From an uncultured cyanobacterium (lineage in GTDB: Bacteria; Cyanobacteriota; Cyanobacteriia; Cyanobacteriales; Nostocaceae): a stretch of DNA of 64,000 nucleotides. Below are positions 1-10,255 of this stretch, piece by piece. A model generated the notes under the pieces. It worked only from the letters and a program-made list of their open reading frames with translations. It made no database searches and was not told the DNA's origin. Position 1 is the first letter of the stretch. Every line of letters starts with the position of its first letter. The stretch lies in assembly GCA_963706595.1 (NCBI GenBank), contig OY970166.1, positions 3,712,001-3,776,000 on the forward strand. Direction: 5' to 3'. The translations under genes were made by a program, and so were the position numbers.

Positions 1-3
1 TTG

Positions 4-109
4 TATAGCGGTTATCAGTTAAGTGAGATACAAGAACCCCACCCCCAACCCCCTCCCCGCAAGCGAGGAGGGGGCTATGATGTACTTCATTGAAGTGGAT
101 ACCGCTATA
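4..109. repeat. TATAGC-ended MITE-like repeat carrying a CCCCTCCCC/GAGGAGGGG hairpin
   Basis: TATAGCGGT at 4-12 and its reverse complement ACCGCTATA at 101-109; a similar internal CCCCACCCCCAACCCC motif recurs near 40888. Confidence 0.7.
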
Positions 110-338
110 AATAGGTAAAATTAAGTAAATCACCAGGGCGGAGGAAATTACTCAGATAATTTCACAAGTTAATTAAACTTGTTAGGGTAATTCCCTATCG
201 CTCTGGTGCTTCTTTAGCGGAGATATCCGCCATAAGGGTATAAGTAAAGGGTTTTCAAAGCCTATAACAGTTATTTGAAAAATATTGTATCAGCCCACAC
301 ATTTTTATGCTGTTTTCACAATGTGAGACGATCAATAT

Positions 339-1112
339 TTATGTTTGTCGATGAACGAGGGTGGCGCTGGCTTGGTCAACTGGCATGAGGATGATTTCGT
401 TAATATTGACATGAGGCGATCGCGTGACGCAGAAAAATATCACATCAGCGATATCATCGGCTATGAGGGGAGTAACTCCTTGATAAACTTTGTCAGCCCG
501 TGCAGTATCACCATGAAAGCGCACACTGCTAAATTCCGTTTCTACCATCCCAGGGTCAACGGAAGTCACCCTGATAGGAGTTCCCAACAAGTCTTGTTTT
601 AAACCTTCAGAAATTGCCTTGACAGCAGCTTTAGTAGCACAGTAAACGCCACCACCGGGATAGGTTTGATGTCCAGCAATGGAACCTAAATTCACAATAT
701 GACCGCGATCGCGTTTCACCATTCCAGGCACTACATAACGGGTCAGGTAAAGCAACCCCTTAAGATTAGTATCAATCATTTCATCCCAGTCTTGAACGTC
801 GCCTTGATGCAGCTTATCTAAACCGCGACTCAAACCAGCATTATTAATCAGAATATCGATATCAGACCAAGCCGGAGGTAAACTGGAAATTGCAGATTCA
901 ACCGCCGAGCGATCGCGTACATCTAACTGTAACAAATGAGTCTCCACACCAAACTCTTTGTTAAGTGTATCTGCTAATTCCTGCAAGCGTTCCCACCGTC
1001 GCGCCGCCAAAATTAATTTTGCCCCCGCACCAGCAAAAATTCTGGCGCAAGCAGTACCGATACCACTACTCGCACCAGTAATAAGAATGATTTGATTTTG
1101 GACAGAAATCAT
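339..1112 (-). CDS. NADP-dependent short-chain dehydrogenase (YdfG-like)
   Basis: TGASSGIG nucleotide-binding motif, NNAG, YCATK catalytic YxxxK. Confidence 0.92.
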   Translation of the reverse strand: MISVQNQIILITGASSGIGTACARIFAGAGAKLILAARRWERLQELADTLNKEFGVETHLLQLDVRDRSAVESAISSLPPAWSDIDILINNAGLSRGLDKLHQGDVQDWDEMIDTNLKGLLYLTRYVVPGMVKRDRGHIVNLGSIAGHQTYPGGGVYCATKAAVKAISEGLKQDLLGTPIRVTSVDPGMVETEFSSVRFHGDTARADKVYQGVTPLIADDIADVIFFCVTRSPHVNINEIILMPVDQASATLVHRQT

Positions 1113-1189
1113 GATTAATTAAGAGCTAATCTGCAAAAATACTGTAGATACAAAAGGGACAAGAGAACAAGAACTACTCCCCAGAAGAA

Positions 1190-1323
1190 GCAGGGGCGCA
1201 CCGGAGCAGGGAGCAAGGGGGAGTGAGAAATTACTTTAAACTTCCGGTTACTTAACAACCGTTCCTCTTCTCCCCTGCCCCCTGCACCCTGCACCCGTTC
1301 CTCTTCTCCCCATTCCCCACTCC
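1190..1323. repeat. GGGAGCA/CCCCTGC-type short tandem repeats (STRR-like), inverted blocks
   Basis: gcaggggcgcaccggagcagggagcaaggggg followed by cccctgccccctgcaccctgcac and ccccattccccactcccta. Confidence 0.6.
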
Positions 1324-2256
1324 CTACCTAACCACTTGCAGACGCTGAGTCACCATAGTCATTCCACCACCTCGCAGAATGACCGCAGAAACCCAACGGT
1401 TCCCAGGAGTAGCTGGTGCGCGTCCCACTTTAAAAAGTCCACCAGATGTCAACAATTCCAAATCTACAGATGTGGGATTGAGATATTTACTGACTTGAAC
1501 TGGTTCTTCAATTGCGGTTCCCAACAAAAAATCCTCGCCCAGTGGTTCTTGGACAATGGCATCAAAACTATATTGCTGTCCTACTCTGACTTGCTGTGGT
1601 AAATTAACATCAATTTGGGGTGGCTTGTTACCAGAGGTAAGTAGGCTCCGTTCGGATAAAATCTCTTGATGAACTATTTTTGCGCCTTGCATCCGTTGGC
1701 GGGAAATAATCGTAGCATTGAGAGCTAAATTGTTACTGTTAGCAGAAGGTAAGCCAGTTATATTAGTTATCGTTTCGGCGACAATGGCATTGCCTTCAGC
1801 TTTCCAAGATTGCAACTGTGTATTGTATCGCAACTGCGGATATCGTTTCCAGAGTGCTATCAAGGATTGTTCTAGAGATTGGGCGTTTAATCCATCTCCA
1901 TGTGTGAAGGTGGGGCTGTATAATTGCATTACTCCTTTAATATCGCCTTGGCTTGCTGCTGCATCCATTTGCGTTAAGAGATTTCTCAACTCAGTGGGTG
2001 TACTGCTGGGAACAGTTTCCGCAGTTTGTATTCTTTGAGCAAAACCGTTGGCTGTGCGAGATTCGCGTAGCCTGATTCTTAAAGACATCTGAGATTCTTT
2101 GACAGCAGCAGAGACGGGCTGCGCTTGTCCTGGAGTTTTGGCTTGAACGAGTTGCCCATTACTCGTGAAACTAAGTATCAGCAGAGACAAAGTTAACCAA
2201 ATACTATGAGGAAATTTCTGTTGGTGTTTCAGTAATAAGGCAGTAATGTTAGTCAT
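1324..2256 (-). CDS. Secreted protein with NTF2/SnoaL-like domain
   Basis: N-terminal hydrophobic signal; LLTQMDAAASQGDIKGVMQLYSPTF is an NTF2-like start. Confidence 0.65.
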   Translation of the reverse strand: MTNITALLLKHQQKFPHSIWLTLSLLILSFTSNGQLVQAKTPGQAQPVSAAVKESQMSLRIRLRESRTANGFAQRIQTAETVPSSTPTELRNLLTQMDAAASQGDIKGVMQLYSPTFTHGDGLNAQSLEQSLIALWKRYPQLRYNTQLQSWKAEGNAIVAETITNITGLPSANSNNLALNATIISRQRMQGAKIVHQEILSERSLLTSGNKPPQIDVNLPQQVRVGQQYSFDAIVQEPLGEDFLLGTAIEEPVQVSKYLNPTSVDLELLTSGGLFKVGRAPATPGNRWVSAVILRGGGMTMVTQRLQVVR

Positions 2257-2341
2257 TTGGTAAGAGTTGACTGATTTGAGTAAAGAACGTCAGGAAATTG
2301 TTTTATCTTAGATAACCTAAGCGCTAAACGGTAGAGTTTTG

Positions 2342-3421
2342 ATGGCAAACGCACCGATAAAATTATTAATAGCTGCGAGTGGGACTGGTGGACATTTGTT
2401 TCCCGCGATCGCACTGGCTCAAAAGCTGCCAGACTATGAAATTGAATGGCTGGGTGTCCCCAATCGTTTAGAAACTCAACTGGTTCCCACGCAGTACCCT
2501 TTGAATACTATTGCAGTTGAAGGGTTTCAGCAAGGATTTGGATTGTCCACACTCCGGATCTTGGGTCAGCTGATGGCGGCGATTCTGGAAGTGCGGCGAA
2601 TCCTTAAACAAGGTAAGTTTCAAGGTGTTGTCACCACTGGGGGTTATATCGCCGGACCAAGCGTGATTGCGGCGCGTTCTCTGGGTTTACCTGTAGTTTT
2701 TCATGAATCTAACGCCTTACCTGGTAAAGTCACCCGATTTTTTGGTCCTTGGTGCAGTGTTGTAGCTTTAGGATTTGCCGAGGCTAGTCAGTATTTACCT
2801 CGGTCTAAAAATGTCTGTGTGGGGACTCCGGTACGTTCGCAATTTTTGGATGAAGGTCTGGAGACAACACTAGATTTACCCATTCCTGACGGTGTTCCTT
2901 TAATTGTAGTCTTTGGCGGCAGTCAGGGTGCGGTGGCGGTGAATCAATTAGTGCGCCAGTCAGCTGCGGCTTGGTTTGATGCGGGTGCTTATGTGGTACA
3001 TTTAACAGGCGATCGCGATCCCGAAGCCGAGAGCCTCAAACATTCACAATATATCGCATTACCCTTTTACGACAATATGGCCGCATTATTAAGACGAGCC
3101 AATTTAGCCATTAGTCGGGCTGGTGCTGGTAGTTTGACAGAATTAGGAGTATGTGGAACGCCAGCGATCTTAATTCCTTACCCCTTTGCTGCCGAAGACC
3201 ATCAAGCATACAATGCAGATGTATTTACTAAAGCTGGCGCAGCGTTAACTTTTAAACAATCTGAGTTAACAACCAAGATATTGCAAACTCAGATTTTAAA
3301 TTTATTACAATCACCAACAGAGTTAACCAAAATGGCAGAAAATGCCAAGGCGATCGCAATTCCTGATAGTGCCGAAAAGTTAGCTTCTTTAGTCCGTGAG
3401 ATAGTTGAAATTTTTCAATAA
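2342..3421 (+). CDS. murG: Undecaprenyl-PP-MurNAc-pentapeptide GlcNAc transferase
   Basis: GTGGHLFPA, HESNALPG, GGSQGA, SRAGAGS motifs. Confidence 0.97.
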   Translation: MANAPIKLLIAASGTGGHLFPAIALAQKLPDYEIEWLGVPNRLETQLVPTQYPLNTIAVEGFQQGFGLSTLRILGQLMAAILEVRRILKQGKFQGVVTTGGYIAGPSVIAARSLGLPVVFHESNALPGKVTRFFGPWCSVVALGFAEASQYLPRSKNVCVGTPVRSQFLDEGLETTLDLPIPDGVPLIVVFGGSQGAVAVNQLVRQSAAAWFDAGAYVVHLTGDRDPEAESLKHSQYIALPFYDNMAALLRRANLAISRAGAGSLTELGVCGTPAILIPYPFAAEDHQAYNADVFTKAGAALTFKQSELTTKILQTQILNLLQSPTELTKMAENAKAIAIPDSAEKLASLVREIVEIFQ

Positions 3422-4179
3422 TTAAAAACTACTCGACCACCAGAACGCCAATCGCAATGAATAAAGCCTCTATGCATTCCTCTTCCCAATCCAGTACAAT
3501 CAGAGGCGCGACAAATTTCCATTAGCCGTCCAAAGTTGCGATCTAATGGGTAAATATCAATTGCTAATCCTTGGATATGTTGAGAACGGATCGCACCTTT
3601 GATTTTGCGATTAACTGCGGGTGTGCGATAACCAGAAGTTACACCAATACTACTGCCATATTTATCCCGAATTTTGCCAAAACCTTGCGCTGTTTTCACA
3701 ATATTATCGATAATCCTTTTTGACTCTGGCGCTCTTTCAGGATCACAACCTTTGGTCATTTCTCCCCAAGTCAAAGGAATACCAGGAACAATCAATTCAT
3801 GTTGATAAACTGTCACACCAGTTACAAGCTTCATAGTGCGACCACTTTTAGTCCCCAGAGTTATTGTAGGTAAAGGTGTTAGTTGCTGGGTTTGTTCTTC
3901 AAGTACCTGATGATTTTCTGCAATTTCCAGCAATGCAGCCGCAGTGCTTGGTCCTAACAACTCCGGAGAATTTAGCCAAACACTTTCTTTGAATTCTGCA
4001 AATGCTTTTTCGGTTAAATTACCCACAATGCCATCAACTTTACCTGTATAAAATTCTTTTTTACTCAGCAAAGTTTGAATTTCTTTAACAGTCGCAACAT
4101 CAGCTTCATTGAGTTTAACTGTAGTATTAGAACTCTGAATCGTTTCTAAATTAATAAATTCCTCGACAACATTTGTCAT
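3415..4179 (-). CDS. Peptidoglycan-binding domain + peptidase M15A (Zn D-Ala-D-Ala peptidase/endolysin-like)
   Basis: VKEIQTLL..VDGIVGNLT PG-binding motif; TSGYR, SQHIQGLAID, FIHCD M15 zinc motifs. Confidence 0.85.
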   Translation of the reverse strand: MTNVVEEFINLETIQSSNTTVKLNEADVATVKEIQTLLSKKEFYTGKVDGIVGNLTEKAFAEFKESVWLNSPELLGPSTAAALLEIAENHQVLEEQTQQLTPLPTITLGTKSGRTMKLVTGVTVYQHELIVPGIPLTWGEMTKGCDPERAPESKRIIDNIVKTAQGFGKIRDKYGSSIGVTSGYRTPAVNRKIKGAIRSQHIQGLAIDIYPLDRNFGRLMEICRASDCTGLGRGMHRGFIHCDWRSGGRVVFNY

Positions 4180-4766
4180 ATATATCTCTCCTTAAATTAG
4201 GTGGTGAATGACTCAGGAAGACGCTATTGCAATACGTCCGGACAAAAGCTAATTAAATAAGCTTCTCATTGATTATCAATGATCTGTTTATTTAAGACCA
4301 CTTGTACTAGCCAGCACAAATTCAATTACCATAAATGAACCCCTATGATTTGTTTTTCTGCTTTCAATGAAATTATCCTTCAAGAAAATCAGAAATTCTA
4401 ATTAAGAATTCGATAGGCAAAACCAATAACCAAAAACAGGAAACAAAGAATATGTACCTGTATTAAATAGATTTTTTACCAGAATTAAATATAATTTATG
4501 TTCTCACATTTATTTCGTGTTTTGAGTGATATAACATTCATTTTAATAATTTAACATAACTGTGTAATTAATATACATAATAATTAAATTATAAGTAATA
4601 GGTAAAAATAAATTTTAATAAAATTTATCATCTGCGATATTTAGTATAAAGATATACGAAGTATTCTTAAGTTTGGCAGCCCCTCTTCAGACACTCCTTT
4701 ATCTGTGCCTGATTGTATTGTACAATTTAGAACCAGTAAATCTTCCGAATTTGCGACACACCATTC

Positions 4767-5255
4767 ATGCTGAGGGTTAGCCTTATGACAAAATTAATCT
4801 GGTTTCCGGTTGTGGCTTCTGCTGTAATCATAGGATATGCAGATCAATTAGCCATTAGCCGAAAACCCAAAAACTATATGCAGATGTCGCTAAACTCTTC
4901 AGAAACAGTTGCGGAGTTAGACAAGCCTACGCCGATCAAATTTTCTCCAGCTACGAGCAAAATTGATCAAAAAGCAGCCTTTGACTTAGTTTGGCAACTA
5001 CCATTAGTACAACGCAAAGCACGAGAAATTCAATACCTCTCTAAGGGGACGATAAAGGTTGCAGCAATTGTTTATGATTATCCTACGCCAAATGACCCCT
5101 ACTACAAAGTTAGAGTATTTGACGGTGAACCAAAACACGATACAACAATTTATTGGTTCCGTGTCTTGAATACAGGAGATGTGATTGAAGTCCTAGATGT
5201 TATAGACAACAAATATATCTCCTTGGAAAAATGGCGGGAACAATTAAAACCCTAG
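4767..5255 (+). CDS. Hypothetical exported protein
   Basis: 162-aa ORF with N-terminal hydrophobic segment. Confidence 0.6.
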   Translation: MLRVSLMTKLIWFPVVASAVIIGYADQLAISRKPKNYMQMSLNSSETVAELDKPTPIKFSPATSKIDQKAAFDLVWQLPLVQRKAREIQYLSKGTIKVAAIVYDYPTPNDPYYKVRVFDGEPKHDTTIYWFRVLNTGDVIEVLDVIDNKYISLEKWREQLKP

Positions 5256-5313
5256 CAAGAATTAATTGTGCCATTCCGGGCTACAGTTGGGATAGTTTTG
5301 AATCAGTAAATCC

Positions 5314-5559
5314 ATGTCTGAACACAAACCTCTAAGTCCTTGGCACTACAAACCTTGGTGGTGTCAGCCCTGGTCTATCATGCTTACAGGCACAACACTG
5401 ATTAGCGGTAGTTGGTTAGTATTTAAAATTCTTTGGCTAACGGTTCTTGTTTCCATCCCTGTCTTCACATGGATGGGATTTTTTATCTTAATTTGGCCAC
5501 AACTAATGATTCGCAATGGTGGTTTGGAGTCACATCAAAGTCAGGGTAAGCTCATGTAA
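5314..5559 (+). CDS. Small conserved cyanobacterial membrane protein (KPWWCQPWSI family)
   Basis: KPWWCQPWS motif followed by two TM segments. Confidence 0.7.
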   Translation: MSEHKPLSPWHYKPWWCQPWSIMLTGTTLISGSWLVFKILWLTVLVSIPVFTWMGFFILIWPQLMIRNGGLESHQSQGKLM

Positions 5560-5585
5560 GCTGGCGCTCTCCCGCCAAGCCTAAC

Positions 5586-6310
5586 GTGTACACACAAGTC
5601 TAAAAACCTTTATTTGGGTAGGGTGTGTTATGGACGTTAGTCCTAACGCACCGAAAATTTAGCTTAAACAGCAAGAAGCCTCTCACTTAACACGATAGCG
5701 GAAGTGATGAGATGAATTGCGCGTGAATTGACGACAGTCTCCCGACCAATGCGACAGCGAGGAAGGGAGACACGGAGGAAACGAGCAAAATATTTTAAAT
5801 TTGGTATAATCGATTTGGTTGACTTCACCCATATTGGTGTCTGATAAGCCTCTGTCCAATAGCATTACGATTATTGGTAAGCGACTCCGTTGCACAGCAT
5901 AGAAGCAAGTAGGCACATCTTGATTAATACAGATCACCTCCGGGTTTGTCCTATAGCGCGAATAAGCCAGCATTTCATCCAGGACAGTAAAATTTGTAGG
6001 GTACAAGGTAAGAAATTGCATAGTCTGCGGAGGGGCTTCTCGTGGACTTAAAACAAAGCTCAGTCAATGTCTTCATAGAAGAGTCGCTGAGAAGCCTACA
6101 CTGTATGCTTGCATCAGTGTAGGAGTATGTCACGATGCAATACCTTTCGGTTAAGGGATGTAGAGACGTTCCATGGAACGTCTCTACAAGGGTTTTCGGC
6201 TCACGAATTTGCTTAACCAAACAGTATTGATTTAGGATGGTGCGTTGCGCTACGCGACAACACACCCTACAAAAAAAGATTTGGAGTAATTTAATGATTT
6301 GTGTGTACAC
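5586..6310. mobile_element. Composite nested MITE block (outer TIR GTGTACACACAA)
   Basis: gtgtacacacaagtc 5586-5600 / gatttgtgtgtacac 6296-6310; inner inverted REP pair 5618-5652 / 6239-6270; CAATAC-TIR MITE 6138-6229. Confidence 0.75.
5672..6133 (+). mobile_element. Non-autonomous IS200/IS605 derivative (no tnpA/tnpB) retaining both ends and an omegaRNA-like 3' region
   Basis: Left-end-like CAAGAAGCCTCTCACTT..AAGTGATGAGATGAATTGCG; right-end hairpin GAAGCCTACACTG..CAGTGTAGGAGTATGTCAC ending in TCAC; GTCTGCGGAG motif near 6023. Confidence 0.7.
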
Positions 6311-6649
6311 CGTCGCCTGCCACGCTGAAGCTATGACGGGAGATTTTTGTATAAAAGTCTGAACCTATCTCTAAGCTCCAACGGTGAACTAGTAGCACAA
6401 ATTTGTCTCCATGCACATCGTATCAGTTTTTTGACTAGACTCAATATAAATACAGATGCTAAAAGGCATAACATATTGTGTTACACAGATAAATTGTCCG
6501 CCAGTCTGAGGGTTAAACTATATTGATAGAGCCTGCTGCGGATAAACCCAGAAAAAGGCTTAATTTTTATGATTTTATTTGGCAACTCTGGTTTTTACTC
6601 GTAAAATCGAAGACAAAGTAAAAAGCAATAGCATAAATACTCTAAATTA

Positions 6650-7582
6650 ATGAGTCAGTTAATAAGTCAGGGTGCGAGAGTTTTCACTAATTCTCAAATG
6701 GTAGATCGGATAAATGATATCGCTTGGCAGGCTCACCAAGGTAGTGTAGCCGCCATTATTCAACTATTGAACGAAAAACTAGCTCATTCGGGGGTGAGAA
6801 CCAGGGCTATTTTTGTCGCTGGTGTTTTACAACTTTTGTGTGAGGCGGCTAGAGAAGAACAACTTGACCAATCTACTCTAGTAGAACAAATTCAGCAAAT
6901 CCTGAATTCCATTACACCCCGTAATATTCGTAGAGTTAATATCAACAGTCGAATTGTTCGGGAACAGCAACTACTTTGGCTGACAGAAATTCACCGCAAC
7001 CATCAATTACTCTGGTCACAGGAAATTACATTAACTCAGCCCCATATCTTCCAACAGCTAGTCGCAGATTTAAAAGAAGCTCGAACTCAAGTAAAAATAA
7101 ATTTACCTAAGACCAAATTTTCTCGCTCTTCGGTGATTACGAAAAAGGCATCCAAGAAACGGCTACTAGCAGCCACTGGGTTATGTTCACTGTTATTGCT
7201 GGCTTGGGTTGTTTATGCCCAGTTGGGTGATAAATTGACAAATTTCGGACAAATAAATAGGACTAACTCTTTAGTTACAGCAAATGGTGATCAGACTCAA
7301 GCGGTATCTTTACCCCTTGCTGCTAATTATGGTATTTCTGCTCCTGTTGAAGAACCATTTTCAGACGCGGTGCGAATTGCTAACCAAGCTTCTGCTGCTG
7401 GTAAAATGGCCGTAACACCAACAGAGTGGTTAGAATTAGCTGCTCAGTGGCAACGAGCTTCAGATTTAATGGGTATGGTACCACCGAACCACAACCGCTA
7501 TCAGGAAGCAAAAATTCGGACTCGGTTGTACCAAAAATATAGTGAGGTGGCACAAGAAGAAGCTCGGAGAAGTTCAATATAA
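6650..7582 (+). CDS. Conserved cyanobacterial single-pass membrane hypothetical protein
   Basis: 310-aa ORF, one TM segment, helical C-terminus (WQRASDLM). Confidence 0.7.
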   Translation: MSQLISQGARVFTNSQMVDRINDIAWQAHQGSVAAIIQLLNEKLAHSGVRTRAIFVAGVLQLLCEAAREEQLDQSTLVEQIQQILNSITPRNIRRVNINSRIVREQQLLWLTEIHRNHQLLWSQEITLTQPHIFQQLVADLKEARTQVKINLPKTKFSRSSVITKKASKKRLLAATGLCSLLLLAWVVYAQLGDKLTNFGQINRTNSLVTANGDQTQAVSLPLAANYGISAPVEEPFSDAVRIANQASAAGKMAVTPTEWLELAAQWQRASDLMGMVPPNHNRYQEAKIRTRLYQKYSEVAQEEARRSSI

Positions 7583-7634
7583 TTTTGACGGGGACATCAA
7601 AAGCTAGATATCCCCACAGATAAAAATATTCAGA

Positions 7635-8609
7635 TTAACTGCTCATCTCCAGCATCCGTTGCATTGGTTGCAGCGCCGCTAGGCGGATATCTTCTGACAT
7701 GGTGATTTCAGGAGTGCGATTTTTCATGGCTAAATATAGTTTTTCCAACGTGTTTAATCGCATAAATGGACACTCGTTACAATTACAGTTATTTAATGGT
7801 GGGGCAGGAATAAAGTGTTTGTCAGGAGCCAGTTTTTGCATTTGGTGAATGATGCCTGGCTCTGTAGCTATGATGAATTCTTTTGTAGGGCTGTTTTGAC
7901 AATATTTGAGTAAGGCGGCTGTTGACCCGATAAAACTGGCATGGCGTAATACACTACTTTCACATTCTGGGTGAGCGATCGCCTCTGCTTGGGGGTGTGT
8001 AATTTTTAACTGCACAATTTTCTTTTCAGAAAAGGTTTCATGAACAATACAGCTACCTTGCCATAGCAACAAATCTCGTCCAGTTTGTTCCATGACATAC
8101 CTTCCCAAGTTCCGATCTGGGGCAAAAATAATCGGCTGTGTGGGTGGGATTTGTTGGACAATCTTGACAGCGTTGGAACTGGTGCAGATAATGTCGCTCA
8201 TGGCTTTAATCTGGGCCGAGCAGTTGATGTATGAAATTACCAGATGATCTGGATGCGCGGCTTTAAAAGCTGCAAACGCTTCTGGTGGACAACTGTCGGC
8301 TAAAGAACAACCAGCATCTAAATCTGGTAAAAGCACCAATTTATCAGGATTCAAAATCTTGGCTGTCTCTGCCATGAAGTGAACACCAGCAAAGACAATT
8401 ACATCTGCATTGGTCTGGGCTGCGGCTTTGGCCAGTTGTAATGAATCCCCAATAAAGTCGGCGATATCTTGAATATCCGGTTCTTGATAGTAATGCGCCA
8501 AAATTACTGCGTTGAGTTCTTTTTTGAGAGTCTCAATGGCAGTAAATAAATCTAGCGGTAGTCCACCCGGTGGGGTGAGGTTTTGTTGAGGTAGTGCAGT
8601 GGTAAACAC
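7635..8609 (-). CDS. nadA: Quinolinate synthase
   Basis: ILAHYYQ, GVHFMAE, GCSLAD, HPEC, CPFM motifs; GTG start at 8609 inferred. Confidence 0.96.
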   Translation of the reverse strand: MFTTALPQQNLTPPGGLPLDLFTAIETLKKELNAVILAHYYQEPDIQDIADFIGDSLQLAKAAAQTNADVIVFAGVHFMAETAKILNPDKLVLLPDLDAGCSLADSCPPEAFAAFKAAHPDHLVISYINCSAQIKAMSDIICTSSNAVKIVQQIPPTQPIIFAPDRNLGRYVMEQTGRDLLLWQGSCIVHETFSEKKIVQLKITHPQAEAIAHPECESSVLRHASFIGSTAALLKYCQNSPTKEFIIATEPGIIHQMQKLAPDKHFIPAPPLNNCNCNECPFMRLNTLEKLYLAMKNRTPEITMSEDIRLAALQPMQRMLEMSS

Positions 8610-8758
8610 AATTAGGGGTGCTTTAAGTTGCAAGTTTTTCTCCTGTGGATTCAATTATAGTAGTTTTTACCAAAAATAGGAGAGGGTGGATGTCCCCTCA
8701 TTTGTATGCAAATCCGGCGGAGTTTCATATCCTGGAGATAGACGGCAAGGAAAGTGGC

Positions 8759-9691
8759 ATGACCAGTCAAAAAACGAAATCAATAACCCTGAAAATTGCT
8801 GTGGTTGGAGATGTTCACGACCAATGGGAATTAGAAGATGGCATGGCACTCAAGCATCTGGGTGTGGACTTAGTGCTGTTTGTGGGCGATTTTGGCAATG
8901 AATCGGTGGATGTGGTCAGAGCGATCGCCTCCCTGGACATTCCCAAAGCAGCAGTAATGGGAAACCACGATGCCTGGTACACCGCCACGGAATGGGGACG
9001 CAGGAAATGTCCTTATGACCGTTCTAAGTCAGATTGGGTACAGGAACAACTCGATTTATTGGGATCTAGCCATGTCGGTTACAGTAAGCTGGATTTTCCC
9101 GCGTGGAATTTAACTGTGGTGGGGGGTCGTCCCTTTACCTGGGGCGGTCCAGAGTGGAAATTTGCGGACATCGTGCGAGAACGGTATGGTGTGACGAGTT
9201 TGGAAGAATCCGCCGACCTGATTGTTAAAGCCGTAAACAGCGCTGCTCATGAAACGATTATTTTTCTCGGTCACAATGGCCCTAGTGGTTTAGGCGATCG
9301 CCCCGAAGATCCCTGCGGTAAGGACTGGCATCCCATCGGTGGTGACTTTGGCGACCCCGACTTTGGGGCGGCAATTTCTCAGGCTCTCACGGCTGGTAAA
9401 ACCATTCCTCTGGTGACATTTGGTCACATGCACCGCACCCTCAGACATACCAAAAAAGTGCAGCGCCAAGCTGTATTTAAAAGTCCAGAGGGAACAATTT
9501 ACTTGAATGCGGCAACTGTACCCAGAATTTTGGAAAATCAGGGTGAGAAACTGCGTAGTTTTTCCATTGTTTCTCTAGACGCGGGTGCGGTTTCCCAAGT
9601 CTCCCAAGTTTGGATAGGCAATGATTTCCAGGTGACTTTAGAGGAAATTTTGTATGAGCGATCGCGTAGTGTGCCGGAGGCTTTCGCTTAG
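8759..9691 (+). CDS. Calcineurin-like metallophosphoesterase (TIGR04168-type)
   Basis: GDVHD, GDFGN, GNHD, GHMH motifs; ATG 8759 inferred. Confidence 0.88.
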   Translation: MTSQKTKSITLKIAVVGDVHDQWELEDGMALKHLGVDLVLFVGDFGNESVDVVRAIASLDIPKAAVMGNHDAWYTATEWGRRKCPYDRSKSDWVQEQLDLLGSSHVGYSKLDFPAWNLTVVGGRPFTWGGPEWKFADIVRERYGVTSLEESADLIVKAVNSAAHETIIFLGHNGPSGLGDRPEDPCGKDWHPIGGDFGDPDFGAAISQALTAGKTIPLVTFGHMHRTLRHTKKVQRQAVFKSPEGTIYLNAATVPRILENQGEKLRSFSIVSLDAGAVSQVSQVWIGNDFQVTLEEILYERSRSVPEAFA

Positions 9692-9831
9692 TGCGTCCTA
9701 GATATTTGCCTTCTGTAGTGCAATCTGCGTAGATGATGAGATATAGTATGATCTGTCAGCTTGTTAATTTTCGACAAAGGCGCTATACTGCTGTATTGTC
9801 GTAGGTTAACGAAAAGCTCGACAGTTTTATT

Positions 9832-9916
9832 GGAGAGGTGGCAGAGTGGTCGATTGCGTCCGACTTGAAATCGGATGAGGCTAAAACCTCCGGGAGTTCG
9901 AATCTCCCCCTCTCCG
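9832..9916 (+). tRNA. trnS: tRNA-Ser(TGA)
   Basis: GGAGAGG/CCTCTCC acceptor stem, TCCGA-CTTGAAA-TCGGA anticodon arm, long variable arm, GTTCGAATC T-loop; CCA not encoded. Confidence 0.97.
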
Positions 9917-10255
9917 TTGAATAAATTATCTATCGTATCAGTTTTCTAGAATCAATTTAAAATTGTTAAGTAAAAAAAAACTGCTAGTAGATTGCTTGTA
10001 TTATTTTAGAGAGTGATTTTGCGAATATAGAGTGACTATAGTTTCTTCATTAAATTTGAGTTTATATTTAAATTGCAAAACAAAAATCACAAAGTAAAGC
10101 ATTTAAGGAATTATCTTATTAGTTATTAAATTCTTTCAAGGTAGTTTAAAGTTAAAACTACAACACTAATTTTATGGCGGGAAGTTCTTTGAGAATTTAC
10201 GTGGGCATTTAGTCTACTTAAAATCTAAATATATTAGTGAATCTGTAGTTACGAA

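Noticed and set aside
5683..6310. ORFs 5683-6021 and 5975-6310
   Set aside because: They run across nested repeats and IS ends on the opposite strand and have no protein motifs
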